Shown piece by piece: positions 52,558-64,000 of a DNA stretch of 64,000 nt. The number at the start of each line of letters is the position of its first letter. The first letter of the stretch is position 1. This DNA comes from Podarcis melisellensis (taxonomy: Eukaryota): the NCBI GenBank assembly GCA_964234715.1, contig OZ174280.1. One strand, given 5' to 3'. The notes under the pieces were generated by a model, which was not told the origin of the DNA, searched no databases, and saw only the letters and a list, made by a program, of their open reading frames with translations. Both the position numbers and the translations under genes were made by a program.

Positions 52558-52887
52558 GGCCATATCCACACCATACATTCCAAGCACTACTTTAAACAGT
52601 CATGGATTCCCCCAAAGAATTATGGAAACTTGTGGTTGTCAAGGGAGCTGAAACGTGTTAGGAGACTTCCATTCCCTCCTCTCCTGAGAGCTGCTTTCCC
52701 CAGTGGTTCAACAACCAATCCCTCTTCATGGGGAACTCTGGGAATTGTAGCTCTGGGAGGGGAATCTCAGCACTCTTAACAAAACCACAGCTCCCATGAT
52801 TCTTTTTTTTTTTTTTTTTGAGGGGGTGAATCTATGTCTGTTTAAAGTGGTATAATGGTGCTTTAAAGTTATGGTGTGGATATGGCC
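52558..52887. mobile_element. PIF/Harbinger-like MITE
   Basis: 18-bp perfect TIR ggccatatccacaccata / tatggtgtggatatggcc with a TAA flank and long imperfect internal inverted arms. Confidence 0.75.
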
Positions 52888-53089
52888 AAATTTGAATATG
52901 AAGTTCAAAATGGAGAGGGTGATTTGCAATAGCTTTGCCCCTTCTGTTATAACGGTGCGACTCAGCATGCTTCCTTCCTTTCCTTGATTGAGTGTGTGTG
53001 TGTGTGGTTGTATACATGTTTGCTCACGAGCATCTGTATGCAAGAGTGATATATAATCTAGTGAGAGGTAAAAGCTCACTTTCCTTTTG

Positions 53090-53460
53090 TTTATTTACAG
53101 GGGCCCCCACTTCTGTTTAACTTGGCAGCCAAGCGGCCTACACTGTGTGCCAAGCACTAATTCCTTGACTGCCCTGACAGGCTTTGGCGTGCACACCTGA
53201 AAGTCGTTAGTGCTTGGACCCGTATTGTTCTCACATTTCGAGGCAGTGACCCGCAGCCATGTAAGGCTTCAGCAGACCCTTTATCATTCCACTCTCCTTC
53301 CTCCCTGTCATCGGCTCTCCACTCAGGGGCTCAAGCAGTGCTTGACCGTTGCATGTAGCAGCTAAAGATGAAAAGAAGCCTCTTGTCATAGCAGATGTCA
53401 TAGCCTCGCATCAGCTCACAGGTTGCTTCTGACAATGGGCATGACAGGCAGCCAGGTAAT
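53090..53460. promoter_or_regulatory. Candidate TALE (Meis/Tgif)-site-rich enhancer
   Basis: TGACAG at 53175 and 53442, CTGTCA at 53305, plus three further TGACA/TGTCA. Confidence 0.3.
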
Positions 53461-53478
53461 TTTGGAGAGGCCAGTGAA

Positions 53479-53838
53479 TTTATTTCAATGATAATATTTT
53501 ATTAAGTTTCCATTTAACAATATTTAAATACATCCTTATTATACTCTTTACTTTTTGCTCATACCAGCTTATCGACTTCCCTCCTTCCCACCTCACGGTT
53601 TTCATAATTCATTTTTCTGTCATAGTATTTAAACATCTATCCAATTTACGTTTCAGTCATATCTGTTATCTCAGATTGTTAAATAAATATAAAAAGGTAA
53701 CTATTATCAACATTACAAGTCTTTTTACAGCAACCCTGCTAGTGTTGTTAATTGTTTACAATTGTCCTTCAAATATTGTATGAATTTACTCCAGTCTTTT
53801 GGAAAGCTTGATCATGCAGGTTTTGGATTTTCCCAGTC
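53479..53838 (-). mobile_element. Short 3' fragment of an L1-clade LINE
   Basis: AT-rich 3'UTR with minus-strand AATAAA and a decayed ORF2 end. 13-bp TSD agaggccagtgaa at 53466-53478 and 53839-53851. Confidence 0.7.
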
Positions 53839-55629
53839 AGAGGCCAGTGAAATTGGTCTTCATGACTTATCTTTGAAGCCCCCCAACCCACCACAGGTAC
53901 ATATTACAAATGACTTACCACCTCCTATAGGTTAGTTGATTGCATAATGCTTAGTTGATGGTTTCTGATTTAAATTTTTTATTTTATATGTAGACATGAT
54001 TATAAACCACTTTGACTTTTGGTCAGTATATAAATATTTTTAATAAATCAATACATAAATATATTGGTGAACAAATGTAGACATTTTAATCCTTGCAGCA
54101 CAGTTGATAACATAAAATGGACCGCTTAAATGGCTTAAATACCACATCAGACTTGCAATCATTTGTTAAAGGGTATTATAGATAGAAGTCCTTCCCCCTC
54201 AAAAAAAAATATCCTTTCAAAACATGCCCAGATGAACTGGAGAGTTCAGAACCATGTTACTAATTGTGAGTTTGGGATGGTATTTATAACAGATTAATTA
54301 AAGTGAGGAATAAATGTGTAAATTTGTATATGTGGCACAGATTGACATTAATCCTAAATTCTTTGGCCTACTTATTTCGGAGTATGCTCTATTGAACTCA
54401 ATAGAATTAACACCTGAGACATATTTAGGACTACACTGCAATGCTATTTTTCCATTTTCCCTCTTACTCTGAGAAGTAAGACTTTTCCTGCAGGATTTTT
54501 TTTTTTAAAAAAAACTTTCCTATGGTGCAAACAGGGCTGTAAATTTGTTTCAGTCTGCTGTCCAATGTGCGTTTGGATTTCTAGTTTTGATTAGAAAGTA
54601 GCAAACTCCATTTGAAGAGTAAAGTATATAAATAATTATTGTACTAACAGTGCAATCTTATGCATGTTCATTAAGAAGTGAGCTCCATTGAGTTCAATTT
54701 TAATTTAAAATATTATTTCTACTTTTTCCTGGCTTTCAGTGTCATGTGCCATTGATATGTCTCACTGAAGCATCCAAAGAAAACAAATCCTTAGCATGAC
54801 TTCTGAAAATGTTCTATCTTGACATCTTTTGGACCGTGTTCACTGACCATATTCACAAACCTGGTACAACGTTCAGAAAAAGGTCAGAGGTTAATGTGGA
54901 ATTCTTAGAACTGTTGAGTCTGATTTCTTGGGACCTGAGAGTTTTAAAACTATCAAGAAACCAATAATCAAATTTCCAGAAAGGGGGATACACCATTAGA
55001 CTAGTGACCTGGGAAATTCTGATACATTAGACTTTACAGTCATGCTTTTCAGTACATAAACATAACCATGTTAGAGCCTATTTGAGCTTTTAATTGCTCC
55101 TCTGAGCCCAGTACATTTGATTGCATAGTAACCGAGATAGTTGGTGCTTTAAGCAAAAAGATGCAGACTGTTCCTTATAAAATCTTTAAATGCTCCCAAG
55201 AAATTCCTCAAATATTTCCCCCCAAAATTTATGAAAGCACACGCAGAATGCATGACTGCTATGGTATAAAAGTCTTATTTATACCTCTATTTTTCAGTAA
55301 AATGTTGTCTTATTCAGCTCTGCCAACCTCAATACACCTTGAAGAAAGCCTGAGAGCTTGCAAACGTGTTACATTACTGCAAAATTTATCTAGGGATAAA
55401 TTAATTTAGCTATAGAATGTTCACCTTTACAACCCCTGCTAGCTGGTACCCACATATGTTAAATCAGCCTTATCATACATCCAGGGCTGGTCTAAAACAT
55501 TTTGCTGCATTAGGTGGAACAAGAAATGGCACCCTGCTCCTCTCCCCACACAAAGCAAGATGCACAAAGTTATATTTGAACTTGGGCAGAAAATCCCACA
55601 AGGACCTCTCAAACTCTCTGTGCAATATG

Positions 55630-56931
55630 TTTTTTTAAAAAAAATATTTTTATTAGGTTTTCAAATACACAGACAAAGATTTAAAGTTCACTTACAAAAG
55701 AAAAAATACATAAAAAATGAAGAAAAAAATTTCCACTTTCAAAGATATTTTTACCTAACCAATTGGACTTCCTCACATCTCCCATACCTTGCGTTCTTTA
55801 CTCTTTTAGAATATCAGCAAATTATTACCTTTTTTCTTAATTCATACTTTTCCAATATTTTTGATTTACAATACTCTTTATCAATTATTTAAACCTTTTA
55901 ACACCTTTAATAACACCTTACATTTCTTCCTTTTCTCACTTTTAGCTTAATTTCAATTTCAGAAATCTAATCGCTGAAGCTAAAACTTCCGAATCGTGCA
56001 ATTTAGCATTTTAACATTCGTACAACTTATAATATTTTTGTAAATAGTCCTTATATTTAGTCCAGTCCTCTTTCGTCGCTTCTTCTCCCCAGTCGTGGCT
56101 TCTGCCAGTCATTTCAGCCAGTTCCATGTAGTCCATCAGTTGCATCTGCCACTCTTCCAGTGTGGGTAAATCTTGTGTCTTCCAATATTTAGCAATAAGT
56201 ATTCTTGCTGCTGTAGTTGCATACATAAAAAAAGTTCTATCTTTCTTTAACACCTTCTGGCCAACAATGCCCAATAGGAAGGCCTCTGGTTTCTTGGGGA
56301 AGGTATACCTAAATACCTTTTTTAACTCATTATATATCATTTCCCAGAAGGTCTTCACTCTTGGGCAAGTCCACCAGAGGTGAAAGAATGTCCCTTCAGC
56401 CTCCTTACATTTCCAACATTTATTATCAGACAAATGGTATATCTTAGCAAGTTTGACTGGGGTCATGTACCACCTATATATCATTTTCATAATGTTTTCT
56501 TTCAAGGCACTACATGCCATGAATTTCAGTCCGGTGGTCCATAACCTTTCCCAGTCTTCAAACATAATGTTGTGACCAATGTCCTGAGCCCATTTTATCA
56601 TAGCTGATTTAACTGTCTCATCCTGTGTGTTCCATTTAAGCAACAAGTTGTACATTCTCGAAAGTACCTTAGTCTTAGGTTCTAACAGTTCCGTCTCTAA
56701 TTTCGATTTTTCCACCTGGAATCCTAACTTTTTGTCTGACTTAAAAACTTCTTGAACTTGAGCATACAGAAACCAGTCCTGCACCCTATATTTTAATTTT
56801 TCAAAGCTCTGCAGCCTCCAATTGTCTCCAATTTTTTCTATAATTTCCCAATATTTCGGCCGACCGGCCTCCATATTGGGGTTTTTTCGAGCCTTGGCTT
56901 CCACTGGTGATAACCATCTCAGTGTTTTACT
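55630..56931 (-). mobile_element. 5'-truncated L1-clade LINE (ORF2 C-terminus, 3'UTR, poly-A)
   Basis: ORF 56011..56967 contains the motif CWKCKEAEGTFFHLWWTCP (zf-RVT-like) and ARILIAKYWK. AATAAA and an A-tail are on the minus strand. 16-bp TSD ctctctgtgcaatatg at 55614-55629 and 56932-56947. Confidence 0.92.
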
Positions 56932-57112
56932 CTCTCTGTGCAATATGCAGTAATGTGCAATATGCAATAATAAGCAATGCTGTGCTATCCCACCATCGTT
57001 GGTCCCCCCCCCCCGCCCAAGAAAGCAGCTTCCATTTTTCTACCTATTTCTCAAAATACTTCAACATTAAATTTAGTGAAGGCAGGGTTGGTTGAGCTTA
57101 CCTTATACCTCA

Positions 57113-57299
57113 GGTACCTCAGGTTAAGAACTTAATTCGTTCTGGAAGTCTGTTCTTAACCTGAAACTGTTCTTAACCTGAAGCACTACTTTAGCTAATG
57201 GAGCCTCCTGATGCTGCCACAAAGTTCTTAACTTGAGGTACTATTTCTGGGTTAAGAGGAGTCTGTAACCTGAAGCGTCTGTAATCTAAGGTACCACTG
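57113..57299. mobile_element. Tigger-like MITE, internally deleted, opposite orientation to the 5377 copy
   Basis: ggtacctcaggttaagaac...aggtaccactg-TA. Confidence 0.75.
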
Positions 57300-57582
57300 T
57301 ATAGTGGTGTGGGGTTTTGTTTTTTTCTTTTCATTTAACATTTCTCCAGCCTTCCCAAGCTGCTCACACTTCCTGATCGGAAGAAGCCCCATGGGATAAG
57401 TTGTCAGCTTATGGCATCGTCCCTTGGGCTTCTCTCAGAGCATGAGAAGCTGCTGCTGTGCTTTAACAATCCAGAGCTCTTAGCTGCTCTGCAGCAACAT
57501 TTTAGACAGGCTCGCTTCCAGTGATGCCCAAGTATCTACGGAAGCAGAGATACAGGGAAAATATGTTACTGAAAAGCATAGG

Positions 57583-57584
<2 letters not shown>

Positions 57585-57644
<60 letters not shown>
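57585..57644. repeat. (AG)n microsatellite
   Basis: Seen directly. Confidence 0.97.
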
Positions 57645-57649
<5 letters not shown>

Positions 57650-57870
57650 AATGCAGGGCCCCAATAAAGCTTGTGCTGGTTCACTGACATTGTGCTTCGA
57701 TTTAGTAGGGAGATATCAAATCTACCCGATTTCCCTTGTTATTCATTCATTCATTTGATTTGATTTATATCAAATCACAAAAAGGTCACTATATATAAAA
57801 TCAAATCCAATAACACCCCCCCAAAAAGAACCACATTTTAAGGGGTATAGGTTGTAAACCAGATCAACCA

Positions 57871-57883
57871 AATAATAATAATA

Positions 57884-57937
<54 letters not shown>
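57871..57937. repeat. (AAT)n microsatellite (L2 tail)
   Basis: Seen directly. Confidence 0.95.
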
Positions 57938-58370
57938 TTATTTGTACCCTGCCCATCTGGCTGGGTTTCCCCAGCCACTCTGGGTGGCTTTCAACAAAAC
58001 ACTTAAAATACATTAAAACATCAGTCATTAAAAGCTTCCCTAAACAGGGCTGCCTTCAGATGTCTTCTAAACATCCAATAGTTGTTTATTTCTTTGAAAT
58101 CTGATGGGACGGCATTCCAAAGGCCTGGTTAAAAAGGAACGTTTTTGTCTGGCGCCTAAAGGTGTATAATGATGGCGCCAGGTGAACTTCCCTGGGGAGA
58201 GCATTCCACAGACAGGGAGCCACTGTAGAGAAGGCCCATTCTCATGTTGCCACCCTCCTGACCTCTTGAGGAGAAGGTACACGCAGGAGGGCCTCAGAGG
58301 ATGATCTCAGGGTCTGGGTAGGTTCATATGGGAAGAGGCGGTCCTTGAGGTATTGAGGTCCTGAGCTGTT
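57936..58370 (-). mobile_element. L2-clade LINE 3' fragment
   Basis: cccatctggctgggtttccccagccactctgggtggc end, preceded on the plus strand by the (AAT)n tail. Confidence 0.8.
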
Positions 58371-59058
58371 TATTTGGCTCCCACAAAGTTCCAGTGCACA
58401 CCCCTAGCATTGGATGGTGTCCTTGCTTCCCTCTCCTGTTTCACTCTTAGTTGACCCTTAATTGCCTTGCAGTAGAGGAAGGGACAGGCTAGCCTGGATG
58501 CCAAATGTGCCCCTCCAGACCCCCTATCTGACCCTAGGACACTCCCCAGGCCATATTCCTTCTTGACAGGCCACACCTCCTCAGTGGTCCTGCTTCGTAT
58601 CCACTTTGAGTGTTATTGTGCATCTGGAAAACAGCCTTGAATTCAGATAATTCTTCTTGCTGGTTTAGATGGAGGACACAGAAGAAGGCATGAGCGTGTG
58701 TTCAAACTAGTTTACTGCACAAAGTTAAAAATTTCTGCAGATAGGTCAAGACCTTCTTGTTCCAACAGATTTCTGGGAACTGGCTGCTGTTAATGAAAGG
58801 GCTGGTGCTGTGCTGTTTTTATTGTAATTATTTGTATGTTTTAAACAGATTTCATATGTGTGTGTAGTTTTTATTCTATCAATGTTTAAGTGGTTTTTTA
58901 ATTTTTTCGTTTTAGCAATTCTTGTTTTTATCTGTAAGCCGCCTTGAGTCCCCTCAAGGAAAAAGGCGGGGTATAAATAAATGTATCATCATCATCAACA
59001 TCATCATAAAATTCAAATTTTCCACTCTGCCTTCTTTTGTCCCTCTGGCCCCGCCCAT

Positions 59059-59304
59059 GAGAGCCAGTGTGGTGTAGTGGTTAAGAGCAGTAGTCTCGTA
59101 ATCTGGGGAGCCGGGTTCGCGTCTCCGCTCCTCCACATGCAGCTGCTGGGTGACCTTGGGCCAGTCACACTTCTTTGAAGTCTCTCAGCCCCACTCACCT
59201 CACAGAGTGTTTGTTGTTGTGAAGGGAAAGGAGAATGTTAGCCGCTTTGAGACTCCTTAAAGGGAATGAAAGGCGGGATATCAAATCCAAACTCTTCTTC
59301 TTCC
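59059..59304 (+). mobile_element. Squam3-type tRNA-derived CORE-SINE
   Basis: Head gagagccagtgtggtgtagtggttaagag, CORE gggtgaccttgggccagtcac, (CTT)n tail. Confidence 0.85.
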
Positions 59305-61799
59305 TCAGAAAGTTGCCAGGAGGGAATGAGGTGCTCAGGCTGAAAAGGCTTCCCCACCCCTAGTCTAGCTGAGGTGGGGGCAACTAGCTCTCTCCTTTCC
59401 TCCTTCCTCACTATTTTCACAGCTTTAATCAATGTGCATTGGCTGACACCAGCATTTGTAAGGGGAGAGGAGTGAAGTAAAAACGTACAGCAAGCTGTGC
59501 ACACGCCGGTCCTGAAATTAATTTTAGAAATTCTCCCAAGCTAAGCCGCGAGGAAAGGAAAACAGAACATGGGGCAGAGCCAACCCACGGAACAATAACG
59601 AGATGGAATGGGGGAATGTGCTCATTTCTAGTTTTTGTTCAATTATTTGCTCTAATATCCTCCCAGGTCTGGAAGTCAAATACACACAGCTGTAAGTCCC
59701 TAACTTGAGCCTTTCTTGGCAGCAAAAGGGGCAGCCAAATGGATTTTAATATATGGATGTAGCAATAATTTGTAGAAACCCAGTTCTTTGTGGATTTCAA
59801 GCATGATGCGATTTGACAAAAGCCATCATAGGAAAGTACAGTGAGGCCTTAAACCTTGGTCAAATCACTGGTCCATCTAACTCACTATTGTCTATGCTCA
59901 TTAGGCAACAGATCTCCAGGATTGCAAGCAGGAGTTCTTCCTGGTCGTAACTGGAGTTGGTAGAAATTGATCCTTGAATTCCCCCCCCACACACATACCA
60001 AATTCCAGTAGTGGGAGATGGGGTTGGGTGACAGTGCTTACCCGCTACTGCTTACTAAGGAGAGTGGAAGGTGCAAGGTGGTGGTGGAGGTCAGCACTGT
60101 GTAAACACACTGACAGGTGTGGCTCTGCCAGTGTGTTTGCATGGTGCTGACCTCCCAGCCACCATGCCTTTCCCACTGTCCCTCCCAGCAAACAGCAGTG
60201 ACTCCACTGCCAGGAGGTTAGGTAAGTGCCTCTGCTGTGCTGCAGTATCTACTATTGCCAAGCACAGGCTTTCCTATTTCCCTCAGGAGAAGAAGGACTA
60301 GTTTTACACATGCAGCAGAATAGGATTGAGATGTGATGGTAGCACCCTGAGGCGGCAAAAAATACAACAGTATTCAAAATGGCAATCATCTCCCACCAGC
60401 AGCGTAAGTGGTACGTCTCCCCTCTATTACTTCATCTCAATATTCTACCACCTCCTTCCACTGCAGGTATAGATCAGGGCCTAATCCTTTTGTGGTAGGA
60501 GAAACCTGTGTGGTCCTAAAGGAATCAGCTTAAGTATATGAACTGCATGTTTTGAAATGTCATTAAAAAAAAATCTTACTATTTGCCAGGATTGGAGAAG
60601 CATACAGCCTCCAACAGTGGAGGCAAGACATCCACATCGTGACAGCAACCAGTTATGGCTTTGTCCTCCATTGGGTTATCTAATCCAAGCCATCCAAGTT
60701 GGCAGCCATCACTGCCTCTTGTAGGAGTGAATTACATATTTTATCTATTTGCTGTGTGAAGGTGTGGACCCATGGTGTGTGGAGACCTAGCAATACCACC
60801 CAATGACCTCTGTGGTTGAATGGGAAGGCACAGCTGAACATGCCCTGGATCCCCTCGCCCCAGCAGTGCATCAGGTGGCTGGGTACAGCAGATTTTTTTA
60901 AAAGGAACAGGAAAACCAAAGAGGTCTAAAATTCTAACAAATTATCATTAAAATGGTGTACTGCAAGCAGGGCTGTGGGATATGTTCAGTTCGCATTTAA
61001 AGGAAAGACTTATTCACTTTTCAAAACAATATGCAAATTGTAGCATAGCTATCCTTTGAAAGTTTGCATCACAGTTCTCTAATGTGGACAAAAGTATATA
61101 TAATAGTGTAAAGGGTGCATACAATGTATATGTTAGTGAAAATAACATAAAAATTCATTATATTAGGGAAACTTTGCACAAAAATGTATTTTGGGTAAAA
61201 CTGCATGTTTATATTAGGAAACATTTGCACAAAAATGTCGAGGATTTTAAAAAATGCAAACAAGATATGGAAATGTGGGGAAGTGAATTTAAGATTGAAA
61301 AAAGGAGAAACCAAAATTGGCAAGTTGTTTACAAATGCAGTTGAAGAAATAAGCAAATGTTGCAGGGCCAGTTAGAATTTAGCATGAGGGAAAGGGACTG
61401 AAGAAGCATTGCAGATTTAATTCACCACAAGACTGCATCTGAATGCTTTTCCAGGCTTTGCACCATCAGCATAGGATATAACATCATGATGATGTCAGCT
61501 CCCGGCCGGAGGAAAGAGCTGGTTTTAGTTTTACAAGGGGAAATATGAATAGTTACAAAGGAATGGTGTATGACATAATATAGGTTAGATAGTCTCACAT
61601 TTTGAGAACTCAGGATTAGAGTGTGAATTCCATTCAACAGTTGCCCAGGAATTCTGAAGCCAATCCAGAGAGGATCATAGAGACTCTGGTGTGTTTACCT
61701 AAGGAAGTGCTGTAACATGAACCCAAATTGTTTTGGGGACCATCGAAGTACTGAACAACAAGTAGGAGCATCTCTCTCCCAAGCCGCTGCCACATATGT

Positions 61800-62593
61800 A
61801 GGTAAAGGTAAAGGACCCCTGGATGATTAATTCTAGTCAAAGGCGACTTTGGGGTTGCGGCGCTCATCTCGCTTTCAGGCCGAGGGAGCCAGCGTTTGTC
61901 CACAGACAGCTTTCTGGGTCATGTGGACGGCATGACTAAATCACTTTTGGTGCAACAGAACACCATGACAGAAACCAGAGTGCACAGAAAGGCCGTTTAC
62001 CTCCCCGCCGCAGCGCTTGTTGTTGTTGTTTAGTTGTTTTGTCGTGTCCGACTCTTCATGGCACCATGGACCAGAGCACGCCAGGCACTCCTGTCTTCCA
62101 CTGCCTTCCGCAGTTTGGTCAAACTCATGCTTGTAGCTTCGAGAACACTATCCAACCATTTTGTCCTCTGTCGTCCCCTTCTCCTTGTGCCCTCAATCTT
62201 TCCCAACATCAGGGTCTTTTCCAGGGAGTCTTCTCTTCTCATGAGGTGGCCAAAGTATTGGAGTCTCAGCTTCAGGATCTGTCCTTCCAGTGAGCACTCA
62301 CGGCTCATTTCCTTAAGAATGGATAGGTTTGATCTTCTTGCAGTCCGTGGGACTCTCAAGAGTCTCCTCCAGCACCATAATTCAAAAGCATCCATTCTTC
62401 GGCGATCAGCCTTCTTTATGGTCCAGTCGCTGCAGCGGTACCTATTTATCTACTTGTGTGCTTTTGAACTGCTAGGTTGGCAAGAAGTGGGTGGCACTGT
62501 GGTCTAAACCATTGAGCCTCTTGGGCTTGCCGATTAGAAGGTTGGCAGTTCGAATCCCTGTGACGGGGTGAGCTGCCGTTCCTCTGTCCCAGC
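61800..62593 (-). mobile_element. Sauria SINE split by BovB, with inverted 5' head
   Basis: Body on the minus strand at 61800-62015 and 62428-62487. Head on the plus strand at 62488-62593. Confidence 0.8.
62016..62427 (-). mobile_element. BovB (RTE clade) LINE 3' fragment nested in a Sauria SINE
   Basis: ORF DAFELWCWRRLLRVP...SLEKTLMLGKIEG.RRRGRQR is a typical BovB C-terminus. (AAC)n tail. TSD cgccgcagcg/cgctgcagcg at 62006-62015 and 62428-62437. Confidence 0.92.
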
Positions 62594-63317
62594 CATATAG
62601 ATACAGTATCCTTGTTCTTGAGAAAGTTGAGTCCCATGGGATCAGAATGTGAGGCAGCGTGAGGCACAATCTTCCTGCCCTATGCTGGATTCTTTCCAGA
62701 CAGCAGGGAGGAACAGAGCATAACAAAGCTCTGAGCTGAGTTCAGGGCCTTGCATGATTTCCTTCGCTGCCTCTAAGGACATCTTTGGCTCTTTGATCGT
62801 TAGGCTCATTGTGCAATATCTTATACCTGTGACAATCTATATTACAGGGCATGACTGTACCTGCTTGTGAGTTTCAGGAAGCCCTCTGTTAGATACAGAA
62901 AGTGGGACTGGGCTGACTGATTTGATCCAGCAAAACCTCTTATCAGTTTTGTACTGATAGGATTGTATCCAAATGTGTGCTTAGTAGCACTACCTGTCAC
63001 TGCAAGAATTTCTGCTTGTGCAATGAGGCTTCCTTCCTCGCCCATGCAGCCTCTAAATCTATTCTAGGGGTTTACCCAACCCTCTAGAGTTGATTTGGTG
63101 AGGTCACAGGGCATGCAAGAGGGGGAAGAAAGAAAAAACATTGTGCTGATGTGACATGCCAGTTAGATCTTACCTTTAGCTTGTGGGATCACCATCATTT
63201 ATGCATCAGCTCAGAACTTGTTGCAAACATTTTGGGGAATCCTGATTCCAGGCTGGTGCTGTTGATTCACACTGTGGTTCTGCTATGCTGTGCCACCATG
63301 CAGCATCCTGGGAAGTA

Positions 63318-63552
63318 CAGTGGTACCTCGGTTTACAAACTTAATCCGTTCCTAAAGTCTGTTCTTACACAAAATCCGTTCTTAAACCGAGGCGCGCTTT
63401 CCCAAATGAGGCCTCCCGCCACCGGTGCCCTTCCACCATTCTGTTCATAGACCGAGGCAAAGTTCACAAACCAGAACACTATATCCGGTTTTGCAGAGTT
63501 CATAAACCAAATAGTTTGTAAACAGGACTGTTTGTAAACCAAGGTACCAGTG
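63318..63552. mobile_element. Tc1/mariner (Tigger-like) MITE
   Basis: TA-flanked TIRs cagtggtacctcggtttacaaac / gtttgtaaaccaaggtaccagtg. Confidence 0.85.
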
Positions 63553-64000
63553 TACTGGGTCCGAGTGACCTTTGTGGGGCCCACTGCCACTGTGCCCATT
63601 GACACCACCTCTGCTGTAGTCACCCAGCTGCTTGCCTGCCCACTGGTGACAGCACTCAGGCCTACCAGTCCTGTCGTAGCAGATAGGCTGCCCTACCCTG
63701 CTATGTGTACTGCCTGCCTGGACTAGGCGCAGCGGTGAGGGGCGGTCCAGTAGCTATTAAAATCAGACTACAATGGAGGGAGTGATGAGAAGCAGGGCCA
63801 CCAAATGCTCAACTAAAAAACCAGCAACTTACGTCTCCTCCTCTCTTGCATGTAGGATTGGCATTATAATAAGAGATTTTGAACTAAGAACTAGTGCTTG
63901 GATTTTCTTTCTTTCCCTCCCTCCTCCTCCCCAACCCCTTTTCTTTTTACGCCAGCATTTCAGGTTGTAAACCTGAGGTCAGGGACTGTGCAGCCTTGTT

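Noticed and set aside
56011-56967. 318-aa ORF as a host gene
   Set aside because: It is the L1 ORF2 C-terminus inside a TSD-bounded truncated insertion. The listed start lies outside the element.
59059-59135. tRNA gene
   Set aside because: A and B boxes are present, but it continues into a SINE body and tail and lacks a full cloverleaf. The same applies to the other SINE heads.

Overview
Repeat-rich eukaryotic genomic DNA, not prokaryotic. The SINE content (Sauria/POM-type SINEs, Squam3-type CORE-SINEs with (CTT)n tails) and the LINE mix point to a squamate reptile, most likely a lacertid lizard. Most of the window is intronic or intergenic and filled with fragments of L1, L2, CR1, RTE and BovB LINEs, Penelope-like elements, SINEs, Tc1/mariner, hAT and Harbinger-type MITEs, and microsatellites. 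There is one 155-N assembly gap. Four short candidate exons on the minus strand (38029-38076, 30017-30094, 19207-19317/19333, and one starting at 11621) have canonical splice sites and compatible phases. They look like the 3' end of a large-intron gene that I cannot name. One reading ends in a GPI-signal-like hydrophobic tail. The most notable structure is a cluster of three identical minimal type I hammerhead ribozyme motifs, carried by two young Penelope-like insertions inside one predicted intron. One insertion is a perfect 83-bp fold-back. Almost all ORFs in the supplied track are spurious or retrotransposon-derived.
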